Shown piece by piece: positions 59,317 to 64,000 of a stretch of 64,000 nucleotides of DNA (position 1 is the stretch's first letter; every line of letters begins with the position of its first letter). The notes under the pieces were generated by a model, which saw nothing but the letters and a program-made list of their open reading frames with translations, did no database searches and was not told the origin of the DNA. The position numbers and the translations under genes are program-made. The stretch lies in NCBI GenBank assembly GCA_965140445.1, contig OZ223236.1, positions 1,952,001-2,016,000 on the forward strand, in the 5' to 3' direction. Source of the stretch: Candidatus Ozemobacteraceae bacterium (GTDB lineage: Bacteria > Muiribacteriota > Ozemobacteria > Ozemobacterales > Ozemobacteraceae).

Positions 59317-59352
59317 AAAAAAAGGCTGCCAGGCGTTATGCATGGCAGCCTT
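59317..59352 (-). terminator. Intrinsic terminator of the PPIase gene
   Basis: AAGGCTGCCA...TGGCAGCCTT stem, with a U-run on the minus strand. Confidence 0.8.
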
Positions 59353-59363
59353 CTTATTTGATC

Positions 59364-62306
59364 TTAAAGTTCTGCTAGAACCTGTGGGTGTCTGATAACG
59401 TGAGCCTGATTTCTCAAGCCTTTTAAGAAAGCTGTAAAGGTCTTTTCAGAATACTCTTGCTTAATCTGACGTTTCAGAGAATTTCTAACTTCTGGTGTTA
59501 AAGTTGCTTTAACGCCAGGAGTTTCATCAGCATCCAACAGGGCAATTACATAACCATAAGCAGTTTTGATTGGCTTTGTATACTGGCCCTTTTTCAGGTT
59601 CCAAACAGCCTTGTCAAGCTCTGGAGATAACTGGCCACGCTTGATAGCTGGAATTTTTCCACCCTGAGAAGCTGAACCGTCAATCGAATAGGTTTTTGCT
59701 AGAAGATAGAAAATTTCCCCCTGCTGAAGTCTTTTATAAAGCTCAGATGCTGTTTTTTCATCTGAAACAACAATCTGTCTAAGCTGTCTTGTGGCAGGTT
59801 TATCAAGTTTATCTTTATTGGCTTCAAAAGCTTTCTGAATATCTTCTTCGGTAGGTTCTAAAGTAACCATTTTAAACAGGTCGCTTTTGATTTCTTCAAA
59901 TGGTTGATATTTATCGCCTTGATAATCAAGAAGTTCAACGAAATGGTAACCTAACTCAGATTTGATTGGACCAACAACTTTGTTTTTCCAGTTTCCATCT
60001 TTTTGGAGCATCATGATTGCCGAATGAATTTCTGGAAGATAAGTTCTGCCATCCATTGAGAATTTACCAAGGCCTTCTGAAAGTGCATAACTTGAGAAGC
60101 CAGGGCTTTTTGAGAATGGAAGAGGACCAATTTTAGTTTTGAGTTCTTTGTCGTCTTTTTTATAAGCCTTAACCAATTTATCAAAACTTGCACCTTTATT
60201 GTTTGCAATAAGGTCGTTAGCAGCTTTTTCTGCCATTTGTTTTTGTTTATCTTCTTCAATAATTTTTCTGATTTTTGTTTTCAAACTTTCTGTTAAAGCA
60301 AGCTGAACTGGCTCAAGCTTTTCTATCATTTTGAAAAGATGGAAACCGTTTTCTGTTTCAATAACATCAGAAATTTCATTAACATCAAGAGCAAAAACGG
60401 CTTTTTCGATTTTTGGATCGATAAAGTAACCGTTGCCACCAATTTCATCAAACAGGATTTTACGTTGTTCTACAGAGTAATCATCAGTGATTTCGCCTTT
60501 AAAGAAAACTGGAAGCTTGCCATCATTCTTTCTTGAAGCGCCCATTGAAATCATTTTTACAGACTTAGCAAAGTCTTCGTTCTGATGAATAGCTTTTTGC
60601 TTAGCAGTTTCAAGAGAAGCTGAAGCTTTTAAAGAGGCTTGTTCGGCACGAATTTCTGCTGAAATTTCAGCTCTAACTTCGTCCAGAGACTTGGTTTTTT
60701 CTGCAGTTTTGCCTTCAACTTTGATGATATGATAACCAAATTGAGTTCTAACTGGTTCAGTTATATCACCAATCTTTGTAGCAAATGCAGCTTCTTCAAA
60801 AGGTTTTACCATTGCTCCGCGGCCAAATTCGCCAAGGTCTCCGCCTTTTTTGGCAGATCCGGGATCTTGTGAAAATTCTTTCGCAAGTGTTGCAAAATCT
60901 TCGTTATTGTTTTTGATTCTGGCAAGTAGTTCTTCAGCTTCTTTTTTAGCTGCTGCATACGCTGCTTCAGTATCAAATGAACTGCTAACATCAAAGTTAT
61001 TTACAACTCCGCCATCTTTAACCTGAAGCTTTGCAACTTTCAGATCCTTGTTTACGAGGATTGCGATTGTTCCGGAAACTGCTGGTTTTGGAGAACCAGA
61101 AATTGGAAGTTCAAGCGCTCCTTCAGTAAGAGCAAGACTGTCTGAAGTTGGATAAAAGCTTTGCCCATCATCAGTTTCAATGCAGAAATTGTCTAGTTTA
61201 ATGTGACTTGAGCTTGATAATCCTGAAATTCCAGCGTCAAAAGTATAAAGAACCATATTTTCATGATCTTTTTTCGCAAAATTTCTCAGATTAATTTTGA
61301 AGCTTGGAAAATCATAATCAAAATTATTTTTAGGCTTAATAAGTATGTGACGGGCACTTACTTTTTCTGGAGTTTTATACTTGCTTGCGTTTTCTGTATA
61401 GACTTTTCTGATTCTGTTTTCATCTTCAGGAATTGTTGCAATAAAGTCTTCAGATTTAGGATTAATGTAAATGTGTGATACAGAAACTCTTTTTGAACTT
61501 ACAAAGTCATTTCTGTGAGAATCAAAATAAGATTTTACCTGATCATCAGTTACATCTACTTTTCCAACGAAATCAGATGGTTCAATTACAAGATGATTGA
61601 AAGTTACTTCGTCATCTTCTCTGAATCTTATTTTATTATCTTCATAATATTTTCTTAAAACAGCGTCAGTTGCACTTGCAACTGGAACTGGTTTCAATAG
61701 ATTCTGAGCTACGCTTTGAACTGTGAATTCTTTTAACTTTTCAATTCCGAATTCCTTTTCTGAAAGACCTTGTTTTCTAAGGTTTCTTGCGAATTCTACC
61801 GGTGAAATCTGTTGTTTAGCTTTTTGAACTATTGCATCAGGAGTGACGGGGGGCTTGATGTTGTTAGCTTGAGCATATAGCTGAATCAATGATTGAGTAA
61901 TCAAACCATCTACAGCTCTTTCTTTTATCATGTCGCCATAAAACTTCTTGATGCCTTCTGGCATGTTGGCTAATTGAATATACTCTGGACTATCTTTGAT
62001 AGATCTCCAAACCGTCTTCAAGTCAATAATAGTCGTCAGAGATGCATTTGCTGTAGGATAAGAAAGATGCACAACTGGTAAGTTGATCTTATCCTGAAGA
62101 TTGGCTGGGATTGCATTTTTTGCAGCCGCAGCGTCCCTTTCAGCTTTTGCGTTAGCCTTGTCCCTCTCTTCTTGTGCGCGAATTGCGCGGGAAGTTCCGT
62201 AACCAATTACGAAAATGGAGGAAACAAAAAGAATTACTGTTGCCCAGATGATTTCCTTAATATGTAATCTGAGCCATTTCATGGACATGAACGTTGCCTT
62301 GGCCAT
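59364..62306 (-). CDS. Membrane-anchored multi-domain parvulin-type PPIase/chaperone (PpiD/SurA-like)
   Basis: N-terminal TM helix; [34 protein letters not shown] and further parvulin-like repeats. Confidence 0.9.
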   Translation of the reverse strand: MAKATFMSMKWLRLHIKEIIWATVILFVSSIFVIGYGTSRAIRAQEERDKANAKAERDAAAAKNAIPANLQDKINLPVVHLSYPTANASLTTIIDLKTVWRSIKDSPEYIQLANMPEGIKKFYGDMIKERAVDGLITQSLIQLYAQANNIKPPVTPDAIVQKAKQQISPVEFARNLRKQGLSEKEFGIEKLKEFTVQSVAQNLLKPVPVASATDAVLRKYYEDNKIRFREDDEVTFNHLVIEPSDFVGKVDVTDDQVKSYFDSHRNDFVSSKRVSVSHIYINPKSEDFIATIPEDENRIRKVYTENASKYKTPEKVSARHILIKPKNNFDYDFPSFKINLRNFAKKDHENMVLYTFDAGISGLSSSSHIKLDNFCIETDDGQSFYPTSDSLALTEGALELPISGSPKPAVSGTIAILVNKDLKVAKLQVKDGGVVNNFDVSSSFDTEAAYAAAKKEAEELLARIKNNNEDFATLAKEFSQDPGSAKKGGDLGEFGRGAMVKPFEEAAFATKIGDITEPVRTQFGYHIIKVEGKTAEKTKSLDEVRAEISAEIRAEQASLKASASLETAKQKAIHQNEDFAKSVKMISMGASRKNDGKLPVFFKGEITDDYSVEQRKILFDEIGGNGYFIDPKIEKAVFALDVNEISDVIETENGFHLFKMIEKLEPVQLALTESLKTKIRKIIEEDKQKQMAEKAANDLIANNKGASFDKLVKAYKKDDKELKTKIGPLPFSKSPGFSSYALSEGLGKFSMDGRTYLPEIHSAIMMLQKDGNWKNKVVGPIKSELGYHFVELLDYQGDKYQPFEEIKSDLFKMVTLEPTEEDIQKAFEANKDKLDKPATRQLRQIVVSDEKTASELYKRLQQGEIFYLLAKTYSIDGSASQGGKIPAIKRGQLSPELDKAVWNLKKGQYTKPIKTAYGYVIALLDADETPGVKATLTPEVRNSLKRQIKQEYSEKTFTAFLKGLRNQAHVIRHPQVLAEL

Positions 62307-62465
62307 TATGCCGTCACCTCTTCTATTTTTTCTTTGGATTCAAAGCTACCTGAGCTTTGATTAATGTAAACACATAGCTACAATGCTCAAGAATTGTGGA
62401 TTATATCACCGCATAATCACGTATGTCAAAATGCATTTAACATTTTTTTATGTACCGTTTGAGAC

Positions 62466-62495
62466 TTGACACATGTTAAAAACATTTGATACTAT
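62466..62495 (+). promoter_or_regulatory. Strong sigma70-type promoter
   Basis: TTGACA-18 nt-TACTAT with TGn extension. Confidence 0.65.
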
Positions 62496-62541
62496 TCTAG
62501 GAGTCCAATAAGTTAATAAGATTTTATCAGGAGGATGTAGT

Positions 62542-62766
62542 ATGAAATTCTTTATTAGTTTTCTTATCGTATTTTTAGCAATTGGTTTTGCAGTTGCTCC
62601 AGCAGTAGCATGTGATCATGATTGTGGTAACTGTTCACACAGTGACGATTGCAATGGTGGCGATGATAGCGAACGCGGCGGAGATTGTGGCGATTGCGGA
62701 GATCACGGCGATCATGGTGACGACGACGATAATGGTGGTTGCAGCGGCGATAGCTGTAATATCTAA
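62542..62766 (+). CDS. Small exported Cys/His/Asp/Gly-rich protein
   Basis: AGGAGG RBS, 23-aa signal peptide, own promoter and terminator. Confidence 0.8.
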   Translation: MKFFISFLIVFLAIGFAVAPAVACDHDCGNCSHSDDCNGGDDSERGGDCGDCGDHGDHGDDDDNGGCSGDSCNI

Positions 62767-62785
62767 TTAAATATTAGTAAATAAA

Positions 62786-62817
62786 CAAAAACCCCCGGCT
62801 TTTGCCGGGGGTTTTTG
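62786..62817. terminator. Intrinsic terminator
   Basis: CAAAAACCCCCGGC-TTTT-GCCGGGGGTTTTTG perfect inverted repeat. Confidence 0.9.
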
Positions 62818-62833
62818 CTAGAGAGTGGTTTTC

Positions 62834-64000
62834 ATGTTTCGATCTTTTTTTTCGCTGTCCAGTCTAACTGTTGCTTCGAGGCTATCTGGTTTTATTAAGG
62901 TTGCCGCATTTGCAGCCTTCTTTGGCAGGTCGTCTGAGTCAGATCTTTTCCTCGCAGCAATGTTGCTTCCTGATTTGATGTATAAATTCATTAGTGAGGG
63001 ATTATTGTCCAGTGCGGCAGTCCCAATGTTTGTTGAAAAAAAGGACGATTTAGACGACTCAAACAAAGCTTTCTGGAATATATTTTCTTTAATTACAATT
63101 TTTGCAGTCTTTCTTGCTGTTGTTTTAACTGTATTCTCTCAAAATATTTGTAAGTTTATTGCTCCTGGGTTTTCAAATGAGATGATTCAAGAAATGTCCA
63201 TTTTGTGGAGCATTATGTCTGTTTACTTGATTTTTGGTTTACAGTCAGGCTTTATGACTGCTTTTTTAAATTCCATGGAAATTTTCGCTCTTCCAGCTGT
63301 TGGGCCATTATTGATTAATTTTGTTGTTATCGGGACAATTCTATTTGCCCGTGGTGGAAATGTTCGGCATATTTCATATGCTTTAGTTTTTGGAAGCCTT
63401 ATCCAGATGATTTGGCTAATGTATCTCAGTCTGAAAAATGGAATTTCTTTTAAATATTTAAGAGAGTTGTTGGCTCCATTTTCTAAATGCTCAAAAGAAT
63501 TTTTGAAAGAAGTTATACCTGTAGCTGGATGGATATTTTTATTACCCTTTATACCTGTGTATGAGAGGTATCTCTTATCTATGCAGGCTGTTGGATCCGT
63601 TTCAACTATTGATTATGTTATAAAAATATTCAATTTGCCTCTTGGGATTATTTCTATCAGTGCTGCAAGGGTAATTTTTCCATATATGAGCAGGTTAAAA
63701 GGGGACGCAAAAGTTTCTTTCCTTTATCGCTCATTAATAACTGTTACGGTTGTTTTAGTCCCAATTATTTTCGCTATGGTCATAGGCGCAGAGAAAATAG
63801 TGGAAATTGTTCTAAAAAGAGGGAAGTTTAATCTGGAAGATACAATTGTTGCTGGAAAGCTACTTGGAAGTTATATTCCTGCTTTGCTGCCGCTCACATT
63901 AAGTCTTATTTTGAATCGATACTGTTTTTCTGAAAAGGATTTTAAGACTCCTTTTTTTGCTGGAATCATTGCAATAATATCTCAGTTTTTTGCTGGTAGT
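62834..64000 (+). CDS. murJ: Lipid II flippase MurJ/MviN family protein (partial; absent from the ORF track because it runs off the window)
   Basis: Hand translation MFRSFFSLSSLTVASRLSGFIKVAAFAAFFGRSSESDLFLAAMLLPDLMYKFISEGLLSSAAVPMF matches the MurJ N-terminus (SR..GF, LP......EG.LS...VP). Confidence 0.82.
   Translation, partial: MFRSFFSLSSLTVASRLSGFIKVAAFAAFFGRSSESDLFLAAMLLPDLMYKFISEGLLSSAAVPMFVEKKDDLDDSNKAFWNIFSLITIFAVFLAVVLTVFSQNICKFIAPGFSNEMIQEMSILWSIMSVYLIFGLQSGFMTAFLNSMEIFALPAVGPLLINFVVIGTILFARGGNVRHISYALVFGSLIQMIWLMYLSLKNGISFKYLRELLAPFSKCSKEFLKEVIPVAGWIFLLPFIPVYERYLLSMQAVGSVSTIDYVIKIFNLPLGIISISAARVIFPYMSRLKGDAKVSFLYRSLITVTVVLVPIIFAMVIGAEKIVEIVLKRGKFNLEDTIVAGKLLGSYIPALLPLTLSLILNRYCFSEKDFKTPFFAGIIAIISQFFAGS

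Noticed and set aside
62611..62660. Possible c-type heme motif in the Cys-rich microprotein
   Set aside because: The sequence is CGNCSH (CxxCxH), not CxxCH.

Overview
AT-rich bacterial chromosomal segment, mostly housekeeping and envelope genes. The abundance of pilin-like genes and the mixed Firmicutes-like gene order suggest a poorly characterised lineage, possibly Ca. Riflebacteria (inference only). Left to right: sugar ABC permeases (one split by two 1-bp insertions); a minus-strand run of diguanylate cyclase, two prepilin-like genes, a 7TM-PP2C protein, ispG and a beta-propeller protein; tRNA-Arg(CCT) followed by an integrase-less ~8.8 kb defence island (LRAT/NlpC-P60 protein, type I R-M hsdM-hsdS-hsdR, membrane hydrolase); pgm, nox, a CheB/CheR fusion and a hybrid kinase; a secreted transglutaminase-like pair, three pilin-like genes and a 1992-aa lipoprotein; the conserved block yicC-remA-rpoZ-(degenerate coaBC)-priA-def-fmt-rex-STAS-rel-udg; tatD, tcdA, rsmA, an S4 protein, a PPIase, a Cys/Asp-rich microprotein and a partial murJ. 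The top candidate for an undescribed system is a small GIY-YIG nuclease gene tightly bracketed by 28-bp CGTC-tagged hairpin repeats with covarying stems. It is inserted between hsdS and hsdR, and further copies of the repeat lie near both ends of the island, like a REP/RAYT element with GIY-YIG in place of the HUH transposase. Also notable: rel has no canonical start codon (probable ATT or ATA start), and coaBC is degenerate while gmk is missing from its usual position.
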